32,000 nucleotides of DNA from Acaryochloris marina MBIC11017 (lineage in GTDB: Bacteria > Cyanobacteriota > Cyanobacteriia > Thermosynechococcales > Thermosynechococcaceae). The first letter of the stretch is position 1, and every line of letters starts with the position of its first letter. The notes beneath the pieces were generated by a model. It saw only the letters and a program-made list of their open reading frames with translations, was not told where the DNA came from and searched no databases. This document shows, in pieces, positions 1-8,851 of the stretch. The position numbers were made by a program, and so were the translations under genes. The stretch is from assembly GCF_000018105.1 (NCBI RefSeq), contig NC_009925.1:5370001-5402000 (forward strand), in the 5' to 3' direction.

Positions 1-14
1 TTTATGAGCAAATT

Positions 15-36
15 CGGCAGCACCTTAACGCTGCCG
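15..36 (-). terminator. candidate stem-loop 3' of the hybrid kinase gene
   Basis: Perfect 7-bp inverted repeat cggcagc (15-21) / gctgccg (30-36) with an 8-nt loop, about 57 nt past the kinase stop (93-95). There is no clean U-tract on the minus strand. It could instead lie in the tail of a + strand gene cut by the window edge. Confidence 0.25.
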
Positions 37-92
37 CCAGATAGGGAATAGGATCTGAAACAAAGCCTATGGTCCCTAAGCTGAGCTAGCTT

Positions 93-3000
93 CTAACTCA
101 GCACCGGTGATTGCGACAGTAAATAACGTTCTAAAGCTGCTTTCAGTTCTTCACTCCGAATGGGTTTACTCACATAATCTTGCATGCCAGCCTCAAGGCA
201 TTTCTCTCGATCCCCCTGCATGGCATTAGCGGTCAAAGCAATGATGTAGGGCCGAGCTTCAGGGGACCAAGTTTCTTGAATGGCTCGGGATGCTGTCAGG
301 CCATCCATTTCAGGCATTTGCAAATCCATTAGCACTACATCATAGGGTTGGCGATGGAGAGCTTCTAAAACTTCCTTGCCGTTGTTGGCCACATCTGCCT
401 CATATCCCAACTGTTTCAGAATAAGCAATGCAACTTTTTGGTTCACCACTACATCTTCCGCTAACAAAAGGTGCAACGTTTTTGAGTTAGTACTGGGTTG
501 AGGGCAATCAAACTCAGAATTTTGCGTATTTTCGGATTGCCTGGTTACTGCTCGGACCAATATGGCACTTAGCTGTGCTTCTTGAATGGGTTTATTTAAG
601 ATGGCATAAAAAAGACTTTTATCCATCGGAGTTGAAATAGCCTCAACGCCCAAAGAACTGAGCATGACCAGAGGCAAGTCTTTGTATTTTTGTAAGCCAT
701 GGATCCTCCTGGCTAAGGTTAAGCCATCCATCTCTGGCATTTGCATATCGACCACGGCTAAATCAAAGCTAGATCTTCCTCGCAGGAGTTCAAGGGCTGC
801 CGGTCCACTGGGGGCTGCTTGGGAATACATTCCCCAAATATTTGCAAATTTGGTTAGAATTTTTCGATTCGTCAGATTGTCGTCAACGATCAGGAGTCGT
901 TGGCCTTTCAACGGTGCCAAATCATGAATCGGGGCACAATCGAAAGTGTCAGCTATTGGAGCTGCAATCGTAAAAGTGAAGGTGGAACCTATTCCAATTT
1001 CACTATCCACCCAGATCTTTCCACCCATCAATTCACACAGCCGCTTACTAATAGCTAAGCCCAACCCCGTACCGCCATATTTGCGGGTCGTGGAGGAATC
1101 GACTTGGCTAAAGGATTGAAACAATCGATTCAAGCGATCTTCGGGAATACCAATCCCTGTATCTTTCACCGCAAATTGGAATAATCGTCGAGGAGACTGG
1201 CCCTCGCTACCAGACCCCTCCCTATCCTGTATCTCTGCGGTTACTTCTTTGACATAGACGATGACTTCACCATTGTCCGTAAACTTCACCCCATTCGTAA
1301 GTAAATTAACGAGTACCTGGCGTAGACGGGTGACGTCTCCTACGATGCCGCAGGGTAAATCTGGATCAGCAAGATAAGCAATTTCTAAGCCTTTTTTGAA
1401 GGCTCTTGGGGCGACTAATTTCAGGGCTTCTTCAATGCAGGATTTGAGGTTAAACGGTTGTTCTTCAACTTCGAGTTTTCCAGCTTCGATTTTAGAGAAA
1501 TCTAGAATATCGTTGATCAGGCAGAGAAGTGCATCCCCACTACTGCGGATGGTATCAACAAAATCCTGTTGTTGAGCATCGAGGGATGTATGGGTCAGTA
1601 ACCCAGTCATTCCGATCACCGCATTCATTGGAGTTCTCAGTTCATGACTCATATTGGCGAGGAATTCGCTTTTCACCTGACTGGCTGCATCGGCGCGGTC
1701 TTTAGCTGTTTGTAATTCTGCATTGACGTTACGCAGTTTTGCATCAGCCTGTTGGCGTGCCGTTACGTCCTGATAAACCCCAAGGATGCCCATAATAGTT
1801 CCATCCGCCTGATGAAGGGGAACTTTAATCGTTTCCAGCCAAGTATCCGGGTTATGGCGCTTTAATAATGCAGTTTCAATCTCTCCAGTCGTGAGAATTC
1901 GCTGTTCGCTGGCCTGGAATGCTGCTAATTCTGGTGGAGCCCATGGGAGATCAGCATCCGTTTTACCAACGACTTGTTCAGGTTGGCTTAAGCCAACATA
2001 GGTTGCAAATTGCAGGTTGCAATCCAGATAAATGCCCTCACGATCCTTCCAGAATAGAAGTTGTGGAATCGTATCAATCACACGTCTTAATAACTGCTGA
2101 GAAGTTTTTAGATCTTCATTCATCTGCACGAGATGGGCTTCAGCTAGTTTGCGAGGAGTAATATCCTGTAAAAATAGGGACAGCCCATCCACACTGGGAA
2201 AAATGCGGACTTCCAACCAAATCTGGCTATTGGCGTAAAAGACTTCAAAGGACTGGCTGATCTGGTCTTGTAGGGCAGTGTGATAGTTTTCCTGATGATC
2301 AAGTCCTAGCTCCTGGGGGTACGTTTGCCAGAAGTTTTGGTGGATGCCATCTTGTAGGCCTTGGCCAAAGAGTTCAGCAGCCTTCTCATTGATATAGACG
2401 ACCTGCCACTCTGGATTTAGGGTAATAAACGCATCCGTGATGCTGCTCAAAATGCCTGATATGCGTTGTTGGGATTGCTGCTGCTCTTGGATAAGCGCCC
2501 ATTGGCGTCGAATGACGAGATAGGCAGTGCCTCCCAAAATGATCAGTAGACAGCCAAAACTAATCAATCTAAAGATATTCGCTGTCTGACTAGCGCTCTG
2601 GTGCTGTTTTGTATAGAGAGCTTCTAGTTGGTTGATGGCTTCTGAAGTGGGTTGTTGAAGGATTGTTTGGGTTAGCTGATCAACCTTCGGTTTGTACTCC
2701 AGAATAATTCGGGTATGGGCAATGGCTAATAACAGCCCCTCTTTATTAGCTTCAGCATGGCTCATTGCTTCTAGCTGGGTCATTTGCTGGTTGATTTGTG
2801 GCACCAGCGCTTCGTTGGCAGACAGACTATACAGCAGTACGTTATCCAACATGTCTTGGAGTCTTGCTGTACTATTTTTCGTTAACCCCTGAGACCGATC
2901 GCCTTGACGGACTTCTCTAACGAGTTCAGGTAAGTAGTTTAAGGAATTTTTGACCACCGCATTGGAAGATTTAAACGATTCAACCCATTCTTCTTTCTGC

Positions 3001-3323
3001 TGAAAAAGTTTATTGTTAGCTTTCAACTGTTGATTGAGGGTTGACGGGTTACCAATAGAGCCAGGAACCTGCTCTAATTGTTTTTGTATGGCCCCTTGCT
3101 CAGAAATAGCCTGCACAAGTGGATCATAGGAAGTGAGCAAGGCATAACGGGACTTGAGAACACCTTGATTTAATGCAGCGTCTTTAACTAACTGTTGAGT
3201 AATTAAGGCATGATAACGCTGATGAACTTCGGGATCGACGGATACGCTTTTGTAAACTGATCCAGTGAAAAGCAAGAGAAGGGTAGATACCCCCAAGTAT
3301 TTGAAAAACTTTCTCTGTTTCAT
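93..3323 (-). CDS. hybrid sensor histidine kinase/response regulator (TM, periplasmic helical sensor, TM, two PAS-like regions, HisKA, HATPase_c, REC, REC)
   Basis: 1076-aa ORF with two hydrophobic segments (LGVSTLLLLFTGSVY and LISFGCLLIILGGTAYLVI) bracketing a roughly 230-aa region. H-box is SHELRTPMNAVIGMTGLL; ATPase boxes are LLTNGVKFT, DTGIGIP and GGTGLGLAISKRL. Two receiver domains are present (LLIVDDN...VDMQMPEMDG and LLLAEDVV...MDLQMPEMDG...SKP). Confidence 0.92.
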   Translation of the reverse strand: MKQRKFFKYLGVSTLLLLFTGSVYKSVSVDPEVHQRYHALITQQLVKDAALNQGVLKSRYALLTSYDPLVQAISEQGAIQKQLEQVPGSIGNPSTLNQQLKANNKLFQQKEEWVESFKSSNAVVKNSLNYLPELVREVRQGDRSQGLTKNSTARLQDMLDNVLLYSLSANEALVPQINQQMTQLEAMSHAEANKEGLLLAIAHTRIILEYKPKVDQLTQTILQQPTSEAINQLEALYTKQHQSASQTANIFRLISFGCLLIILGGTAYLVIRRQWALIQEQQQSQQRISGILSSITDAFITLNPEWQVVYINEKAAELFGQGLQDGIHQNFWQTYPQELGLDHQENYHTALQDQISQSFEVFYANSQIWLEVRIFPSVDGLSLFLQDITPRKLAEAHLVQMNEDLKTSQQLLRRVIDTIPQLLFWKDREGIYLDCNLQFATYVGLSQPEQVVGKTDADLPWAPPELAAFQASEQRILTTGEIETALLKRHNPDTWLETIKVPLHQADGTIMGILGVYQDVTARQQADAKLRNVNAELQTAKDRADAASQVKSEFLANMSHELRTPMNAVIGMTGLLTHTSLDAQQQDFVDTIRSSGDALLCLINDILDFSKIEAGKLEVEEQPFNLKSCIEEALKLVAPRAFKKGLEIAYLADPDLPCGIVGDVTRLRQVLVNLLTNGVKFTDNGEVIVYVKEVTAEIQDREGSGSEGQSPRRLFQFAVKDTGIGIPEDRLNRLFQSFSQVDSSTTRKYGGTGLGLAISKRLCELMGGKIWVDSEIGIGSTFTFTIAAPIADTFDCAPIHDLAPLKGQRLLIVDDNLTNRKILTKFANIWGMYSQAAPSGPAALELLRGRSSFDLAVVDMQMPEMDGLTLARRIHGLQKYKDLPLVMLSSLGVEAISTPMDKSLFYAILNKPIQEAQLSAILVRAVTRQSENTQNSEFDCPQPSTNSKTLHLLLAEDVVVNQKVALLILKQLGYEADVANNGKEVLEALHRQPYDVVLMDLQMPEMDGLTASRAIQETWSPEARPYIIALTANAMQGDREKCLEAGMQDYVSKPIRSEELKAALERYLLSQSPVLS

Positions 3324-3601
3324 CAGCTAGACTCTTTCCACTTAGGGCAGGTTAGAAAAGAATGAATATTGCAATCGCTGTTGATCGAATTGGTTTGATC
3401 ACCCAGTGGAGCATTGCTCAAGGTTGTAATGGTTTGGCTTAAGATAGCCCGCTTATAGAAATGGGGAACGGTTGATTGGATGATTGGAGAACACCATTGC
3501 TGAACAATTTTCTTAAATTGAGTCACATCCCATAGCGTTCGAATCAAGGGAGAAAATAAGACAATTCCAAATAAATGGACGCTTTTTGTGATTTTTTCCA
3601 T
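3323..3601 (-). CDS. hypothetical 92-aa protein, stop overlaps the kinase start (TGATG)
   Basis: Open frame whose TGA stop shares one base with the kinase ATG (plus-strand catca at 3321-3325). I recognise no family. Composition is intermediate between the coding and AT-rich flanks. Confidence 0.35.
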   Translation of the reverse strand: MEKITKSVHLFGIVLFSPLIRTLWDVTQFKKIVQQWCSPIIQSTVPHFYKRAILSQTITTLSNAPLGDQTNSINSDCNIHSFLTCPKWKESS

Positions 3602-4335
3602 CTAATATCCCCCTATCTTCAAAAATAAACTAATAGCTAGAGGATCCTTTTTAGCTCTCTCAGATTAAATTTCAGCCAATCTTTATAGATTTGAATGCTT
3701 AACTATTAGTTTGCCCAAACGTCTATTCCCACTAGCAAATAATTGGAACTAATATCTAATAAACAAACTAAAAAAATACATCTAAAATCACTGATACAGA
3801 GGCAAATCTTGCCAATTTTATAGTTATGGGGTCAATATAAATATTTTGTATAAGCTATTAAATCAGTCTTGAGTGATTATCTTTTCAGTACAAGATTTTG
3901 CAAGTTTATTTTTGGCACATTGCTATTCCTTTGGCTTCTGCTGCACCGAAATAGGCCAATTCAAAGCATGCCTAGCTGAGATCTTTCATTATTGATATGA
4001 CAAAGTGGATGCAACTATCAAAATGGGTTAGTGGATGGGGCGCCAGCAACAGGATGTCACGGAAATTGGATAGATTATCAACTGTCTTTAGCTGAGAATT
4101 AACTTAAGAAGCGTAAACAATAGATCGATCACGATTCATCTGGTGGGATCAATGGATCATTAGGCGGGCACATAAAAAAATGAACGTCGATTTCTCAAAA
4201 TGATCTACAGAGTAAAGCACCTGACTTTCTCCAGAAATCTAATGGTGGTATGAATAAATGAAATATAAAAACATCATAAATTTTTTTGTTAAGAAAATAT
4301 AGATAAGTTAATGTAATAGTCATAATAAGCACGAC

Positions 4336-4347
4336 AAATTCCTGTTT
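4336..4347. repeat. 12-nt exact direct repeat aaattcctgttt, copy 1
   Basis: Read directly in the sequence. An identical copy lies 71 bp downstream, and both are upstream of the DUF1830 gene. Confidence 0.8.
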
Positions 4348-4406
4348 GGGAAAAGTGTATCGACGGAAAGGTTATCCTTTCTGATAAAAATCGCTGGCCA
4401 GCTTAT

Positions 4407-4418
4407 AAATTCCTGTTT
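4407..4418. repeat. 12-nt exact direct repeat aaattcctgttt, copy 2
   Basis: Read directly in the sequence; identical to 4336-4347. Confidence 0.8.
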
Positions 4419-4430
4419 CAATTCTTTCAT

Positions 4431-4470
4431 TTAGCCAGCTCTTAAGATCCTGGATCCAAGAGCTGGTTAG
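4431..4470 (+). promoter_or_regulatory. stem-loop ending 10 nt before the DUF1830 start codon
   Basis: ccagctctt (4435-4443) pairs perfectly with aagagctgg (4458-4466). As RNA it extends to 4431/4470 with two G-U pairs. The loop contains the small palindrome gatcc-t-ggatc. Its position would occlude the ribosome-binding region of the ATG at 4480. Confidence 0.35.
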
Positions 4471-4479
4471 TCATTTTCT

Positions 4480-4731
4480 ATGATTAAAACGCTTGAGTCT
4501 CAGCCAACACAATTAACGTTCTGTAGCTACTGCAATCCGTCACCTAGGGTTCAAGTCGTGCGGATCACTAATATCAAGAATTGGTATTTTGAGCGGGTGG
4601 TCTTTCCCCAACAGACTTTAGTATTCGATGCGCCACGGACGGCCCATCTTGAGATCCATAGCAGCGAAATTGCTACAGCCATTCAAGTAGACTGTATTCC
4701 CTGTCGGCGGTTGGCTGTCAAAACCGTCTAG
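4480..4731 (+). CDS. DUF1830 domain protein (small conserved cyanobacterial protein)
   Basis: 83-aa ORF with the motif block VVRITNIKNWYFERVVFPQQTLVFDAPRTAHLEIHS, which I recognise from memory as the DUF1830 core (ARITNIPNWYFERVVFPGQRL...LEIH). Confidence 0.6.
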   Translation: MIKTLESQPTQLTFCSYCNPSPRVQVVRITNIKNWYFERVVFPQQTLVFDAPRTAHLEIHSSEIATAIQVDCIPCRRLAVKTV

Positions 4732-4740
4732 AGTGCCTGG

Positions 4741-4798
4741 GCAAAATTTATGAGCTGTAATGAAGTGCTTTCAGGCTAATTTTGCTGTCAATTTTTTT
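4741..4798 (+). terminator. weak candidate terminator after the DUF1830 gene
   Basis: gcaaaatt (4741-4748) pairs with aattttgc (4778-4785), followed by a T7 run at 4792-4798. The stem is AT-rich and the loop is long (29 nt), so this is weak. Confidence 0.3.
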
Positions 4799-4931
4799 GG
4801 AGAAAGATAGCCAGTTGAGCCTGTAAAAAAAGCGGACTATGTTTACTTCCAGTAACCACAGGATCCAGAGAATCTATTGTCAATCGCGAAAAATCAGTAT
4901 AGGCAGAAAAAAGGCAAAAAATAGGATCAGA

Positions 4932-5660
4932 TCAAGGGCAATCAAATAGGACAGTTGTCATATAACGGTCCGCCCATTCATCACCAAATGCCTTCTCCAA
5001 TATTCGTCGAGTTTTGTCATTCTGTTGTTGTTGCTGGCAGTACCGTTGTTGTCCAGCCATAACTTGTTCAATCTCTGATTCGGACACAGGCTGAGTTGTT
5101 ATGGCTTGCTGGCAATGCCATTCCAAATAGGCCGAGACTCGATCTAAAAATTGAGTTTCTTCTTGGGATGTTTGGGGTCGGATAAACAGGCAGAACTCAG
5201 AAAAGATCGTTCCCCACTCGGGAATCTGCCGTGGCTCGGAAAACTTCAAATCGGGTAAATTCTGGAGATGCTCATGGTATGACGGGGGTAGCTTTCCGTT
5301 AGCGATAGGGGACAGATCGGCAATGGCAGCACTAATGCCACTTCGTCCACCGACCAAATCGGTACCAAACATGGGTAAGGCGTACTGCGGTTCAGGAAAC
5401 ATGACGCAGTGCAAGATATCTAAGCCTGTTCCTACTTGAGCCAGCTCCAAATGAAGTTTGCGAAACGGTGGAGCCTGGTAACAAATATTTTCTATGACGA
5501 GGAACTCGCCTTCGAGACGTCCTTCAACATGCCCGAATTCTGAGGGAAGGGGATAGTCTGATAACTCTAGATAGTGGGTCCAAATTGCTTCAATCCGATT
5601 GGCCCATTCTCGAATGAGTGGATGCTGCTGCTGACGTAAAGACATAGATACAAAATTCAC
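4932..5660 (-). CDS. pcyA: phycocyanobilin:ferredoxin oxidoreductase
   Basis: Matches PcyA as I remember it along the whole length (GHVEGRLEGEFLVIENICYQAPPFRKLHLELA, LDILHCVMFPEP, SAAIADLSP, EFCLFIRP, YCQQQQQNDKTRRILEKAFG). The ORF-track start at 5660 is GTG; an ATG alternative is at 5645. Confidence 0.93.
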   Translation of the reverse strand: MNFVSMSLRQQQHPLIREWANRIEAIWTHYLELSDYPLPSEFGHVEGRLEGEFLVIENICYQAPPFRKLHLELAQVGTGLDILHCVMFPEPQYALPMFGTDLVGGRSGISAAIADLSPIANGKLPPSYHEHLQNLPDLKFSEPRQIPEWGTIFSEFCLFIRPQTSQEETQFLDRVSAYLEWHCQQAITTQPVSESEIEQVMAGQQRYCQQQQQNDKTRRILEKAFGDEWADRYMTTVLFDCP

Positions 5661-5673
5661 TACCAGTTGGTAG
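5660..5673. promoter_or_regulatory. short inverted repeat in the pcyA / NurA-like divergent region
   Basis: ctacca-gt-tggtag, 6-bp arms with a 2-nt spacer, in the 50-bp gap between the divergent genes. Function unknown. Confidence 0.2.
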
Positions 5674-5710
5674 TAGAGTAAAAAAAACGGGCTGAAAATA
5701 AGGGTTTATC

Positions 5711-6898
5711 ATGCCACTCAAGCCGTCTGAAATCCTACAAGCTTTAGACCAAAAACAGACTGAGTTCCAAGATTTTCACCAAACAACCCTCAAAGTATTA
5801 GAGAAATATCGTAAGGCATTAAGTAAGGTTGCCCAACAGCCTGATGCTGAAATCACGAAAGCATTAATCGATCACCATAATCCAGGGGGGCGTCCATTAG
5901 AGGCTTTAGGGGATAGCCCAAACTGGATTATTCCTTCTAAGCTGAAGTGGTCGAGTCGAGAGCAAAGCCTGGAATGGGTGCGGGAACGATTGATGGGGAT
6001 TACGACCTTTGCTGTGGATGGCTCTCAAGTCTATCCCAGCAAAGATATATCCATTCCGATTGGCATGGTGCAAGTGGGCTGGTTTGAGAATCCCCATTTA
6101 CCCTTGGGTAGCTATGACAAGGATGTGCGCTTAGAGGTTTTGTCTCCTGAAGATCTAAAGCCACAAGATCGGAGTACTCCGATGGATCGGCTGGTTAACA
6201 TGCATCGATTTCGCATGGAAATCCAGCGTATGATCGAATTTATGGAGAGCCATACCAATCGTTCAGATTGCTTGGTGTTTCTGGACGGCTCTCTAGTGGC
6301 CACGTTTGCAGAAAAATTTGATGCTGAATGTCGAAGATTCTACGTTCAGCAATTAGTGGAACTGTTGCAAGCCAGCGAAAAGTTTCGAGTGCCTTTAGTG
6401 GCTTACATTGATACGTCTCGGGCGCGGGATTTAGTTCAACTACTCCATTGCTTAAAGAGATTACCAGAAGCGCCATCTCTTAATGATGCGGCCTTTTTGG
6501 GGGTGAATATGGACTGGGGTGATCGCACGCCGATATTTAAATGCGATCGCAAAGGTGAAAACAGCCATCAAGGTATTCTCCAAGACTATGGAGACCAAGC
6601 AGACTCCATCGCCTTTACCTACCTAAAAACCCATGAAGGTCCGCCTGCGCGCATTGAAATGCCCATCTGGATTTATGAGGCCGGATTACATTCCACGGTT
6701 TTAGATTTTGTCCGAGGGGAAGTGATCATCGGGGGGGGATATCCCTACGTGATTGAAACAGCCGATCGCGTGGCTGTTCTCCAAGCGGAGGATCGCCAAA
6801 TCTTCTTTCGCCTCCTACAAGAGTGGGCCGAGAAAGAAGAGATTAACCTACGGTTCTCTCGGAAAATGATCAGTAAAGTTCTGCGCCGAGGGAACTAG
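5711..6898 (+). CDS. NurA-domain nuclease-like protein
   Basis: 395-aa ORF with spaced acidic motifs typical of NurA-fold nucleases as I recall them (FAVDGSQ, VFLDGSL, AYIDTSRARD). The assignment is by motif only. Confidence 0.5.
   Translation: MPLKPSEILQALDQKQTEFQDFHQTTLKVLEKYRKALSKVAQQPDAEITKALIDHHNPGGRPLEALGDSPNWIIPSKLKWSSREQSLEWVRERLMGITTFAVDGSQVYPSKDISIPIGMVQVGWFENPHLPLGSYDKDVRLEVLSPEDLKPQDRSTPMDRLVNMHRFRMEIQRMIEFMESHTNRSDCLVFLDGSLVATFAEKFDAECRRFYVQQLVELLQASEKFRVPLVAYIDTSRARDLVQLLHCLKRLPEAPSLNDAAFLGVNMDWGDRTPIFKCDRKGENSHQGILQDYGDQADSIAFTYLKTHEGPPARIEMPIWIYEAGLHSTVLDFVRGEVIIGGGYPYVIETADRVAVLQAEDRQIFFRLLQEWAEKEEINLRFSRKMISKVLRRGN
6543..6550. repeat. HIP1 octamer GCGATCGC
   Basis: Exact octamer read in the sequence. 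Confidence 0.9.
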
Positions 6899-6965
6899 CT
6901 GCTCTCTTCCATCACTGTCCGCAAAAAGCGACTTTCAACGATAACATTCTGCCCATTTGGGCAAT

Positions 6966-6971
6966 TATAAT
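6966..6971 (+). promoter_or_regulatory. possible -10 hexamer (TATAAT) upstream of the amidase gene
   Basis: Exact tataat lies 77 nt upstream of the ATG at 7048. There is no convincing -35 element at 17-bp spacing. Confidence 0.25.
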
Positions 6972-7047
6972 CACCACCCCATAGTTCTGAATATTGACAG
7001 GGACACGGGATTACGGTTGATTAAAGTGGATGTGAAGGGTAGAGTCC

Positions 7048-8790
7048 ATGAAGCGCATTTTGGGATTAGCAATTCTTGCTGGGAGTTTGAGTTTGGTCTA
7101 TCCCCATGCTGCTGTTGCCGGAGATGCCTTAGGGGTGGTCTACCCTGCCAATGGACATAAAACCACTGCGGCTCAGATCTTTCTGATTGGCACGGCTCCT
7201 GCTCCAGGAGAGGTGACGGTGAATGGCAAGGTGATTGACCGCAGCCCTACCGGAAACTTTGCCCCCAGTTTTCCCCTAGAGATTGGCGAAAATACCTTTA
7301 CACTTCAGTACGGTGACCAAACGCTCACCCTCAACATCACTCGCACATCAACTTCACCCCAACCCACGGCAGGTTTATCCGAAGACTCTCTAGAACCCAA
7401 AACTGATATTGCTAAACTCCCCAATGAGCCTGTTTGTTTTACCACGATTGCAAAACCGAACGCTCAGCTCTCGGTTAAAATCGGGCAACAAACCGTTCCC
7501 TTGCAACCGCAAGGGCAATCCGTCAACTTACCCCCCAACTCATCCGCTTTAACCCAGCAGAATCAACCCCAAACCACGGATCAACCGGGAGTGTATCAGG
7601 GATGTACTGCCTTCTCTCAACCCGGTGTCTTGGGTAAGCCCGTGTTTCAGCTGACAAAAGATGGGCAAACCCTCCAGCGAACAGGAGCGAGTACCATTGA
7701 AATTCTCTCGCCCCAAGACTTCTCTGTGATCGAAGTAACGAGTGATCAGGGAGTGGCGCGCACAGGACCGAGTACGAACTACTCTCGGTTAACGCCTTTA
7801 CCCAAAGGAACGCAAGCTCGCATCACTGGACGGGAAGGGGAGTGGTTGCGATTAGACTATGGCGCTTGGATCAAAGCAAAAGAAACCCGTCCCCTATCCC
7901 AGAATATTCTGCCCCATTCTATTATTCGTAGTCTTCGCAGTCGCCAAGCTCCGGGCTGGACTGAAGTGGTTTTTCCGCTGCAAAATCCCGTGCCAATTAG
8001 CGTCAACCAGGGGGATCAAACCTTTACCTTGACTCTGCATAACACCACAGCTCAAACCGATGTCATTTTTATGAATGACGACCCGGTCATTCGACGACTA
8101 GATTGGCAACAGCCGGGGCCAGGTCAGGTGGAATATAAATTCAACCTCAAGCCCAAACAACAGTGGGGTTATAAGCTGCGCTACGAAGGCACCAGCTTGA
8201 TACTCTCCCTGCGGCATCCCCCTAAAGGCAAAGGACTCTCCAATGTGAAAGTGCTGCTAGATCCAGGACATGGCAGCGAAAATGATCTAGGTGCTCGGGG
8301 ACCCACGGGTTTACCCGAAAAAGAAGTCACCATTGTCGTCAGTAAACTGCTCCAGGAAGAATTGAAGAAGCGGGGAACAACCGTTGTGATGACCCGCGAA
8401 GGGGACGATGACCTCTATCCCAAGGATCGGGTGGATGTTATCAACCAAACGGAACCGACCATTGCCATTAGCGTTCACTACAATGCATTACCCGATAGTG
8501 GTGATGCAGTGAACACGGCAGGAATTGGAGCCTTTTGGTACCATGCCCAAAGCCATGATTTAGCAGTCTTTTTACATCATTACCTAGTCGATGATCTGAA
8601 GCGGCCTGACTACGGTATTTTTTGGGATAATTTGGCGTTAACTCGACCAACGGTGGCACCGACTGTGTTGATGGAGTTGGGATTTATGATTAATCCGACG
8701 GAGTTCGAGTGGATTACAGATCCGAAGGCTCAGAAGCAGTTGGCGGTTAGTATGGCGGATGCGATCGCAGCCTGGTTCTCAAAACAATAA
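7048..8790 (+). CDS. N-acetylmuramoyl-L-alanine amidase (Amidase_3 family) with signal peptide and SH3b-like domain
   Basis: 580-aa ORF with signal-like N-terminus MKRILGLAILAGSLSLVYPHAAVAG. SH3b-like block is ARTGPSTNYSRLTPLPKGTQARITGREGEWLRLDYGAWIKAKE. C-terminal Amidase_3 motifs are LLDPGHGS...GARGP...EKE...ISVHYNA...ELGFMINP. Confidence 0.85.
   Translation: MKRILGLAILAGSLSLVYPHAAVAGDALGVVYPANGHKTTAAQIFLIGTAPAPGEVTVNGKVIDRSPTGNFAPSFPLEIGENTFTLQYGDQTLTLNITRTSTSPQPTAGLSEDSLEPKTDIAKLPNEPVCFTTIAKPNAQLSVKIGQQTVPLQPQGQSVNLPPNSSALTQQNQPQTTDQPGVYQGCTAFSQPGVLGKPVFQLTKDGQTLQRTGASTIEILSPQDFSVIEVTSDQGVARTGPSTNYSRLTPLPKGTQARITGREGEWLRLDYGAWIKAKETRPLSQNILPHSIIRSLRSRQAPGWTEVVFPLQNPVPISVNQGDQTFTLTLHNTTAQTDVIFMNDDPVIRRLDWQQPGPGQVEYKFNLKPKQQWGYKLRYEGTSLILSLRHPPKGKGLSNVKVLLDPGHGSENDLGARGPTGLPEKEVTIVVSKLLQEELKKRGTTVVMTREGDDDLYPKDRVDVINQTEPTIAISVHYNALPDSGDAVNTAGIGAFWYHAQSHDLAVFLHHYLVDDLKRPDYGIFWDNLALTRPTVAPTVLMELGFMINPTEFEWITDPKAQKQLAVSMADAIAAWFSKQ
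8761..8768. repeat. HIP1 octamer GCGATCGC
   Basis: Exact octamer read in the sequence. Confidence 0.9.
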
Positions 8791-8807
8791 AGCTAATCCC
8801 TGGAGCT

Positions 8808-8835
8808 ACTCTTCAGCTCACCCAATCTGAAGAGT
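8808..8835. terminator. stem-loop between the convergent amidase and cyAbrB genes
   Basis: Perfect 9-bp stem actcttcag (8808-8816) / ctgaagagt (8827-8835) with a 10-nt loop, centred in the 61-bp convergent gap. No U-tract on either side. Confidence 0.4.
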
Positions 8836-8851
8836 GCAACGAATTCCCTAA

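Noticed and set aside
664-2892. Three + strand ORFs (664-927, 1919-2161, 2692-2892) inside the kinase locus
   Set aside because: They are antisense to a 1076-aa gene with unambiguous kinase and receiver motifs. The translations are low-complexity or odd and carry no motifs, so they are typical shadow ORFs.
3997-4095. 32-codon ORF (MTKWMQLSKWVSGWGASNRMSRKLDRLSTVFS) in the GC-richer island of the 3602-4479 region
   Set aside because: It has no SD and no recognisable family. It is kept only as a note in the intergenic finding.
5906-6476. Three minus-strand ORFs (63-78 aa) inside the NurA-like gene
   Set aside because: These are shadow ORFs opposite a long coherent frame, with no recognisable motifs.
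6957-7160. 67-aa + strand ORF overlapping the amidase start
   Set aside because: It is out of frame with and overlaps the amidase signal-peptide region. The amidase start at 7048 gives a canonical signal peptide.
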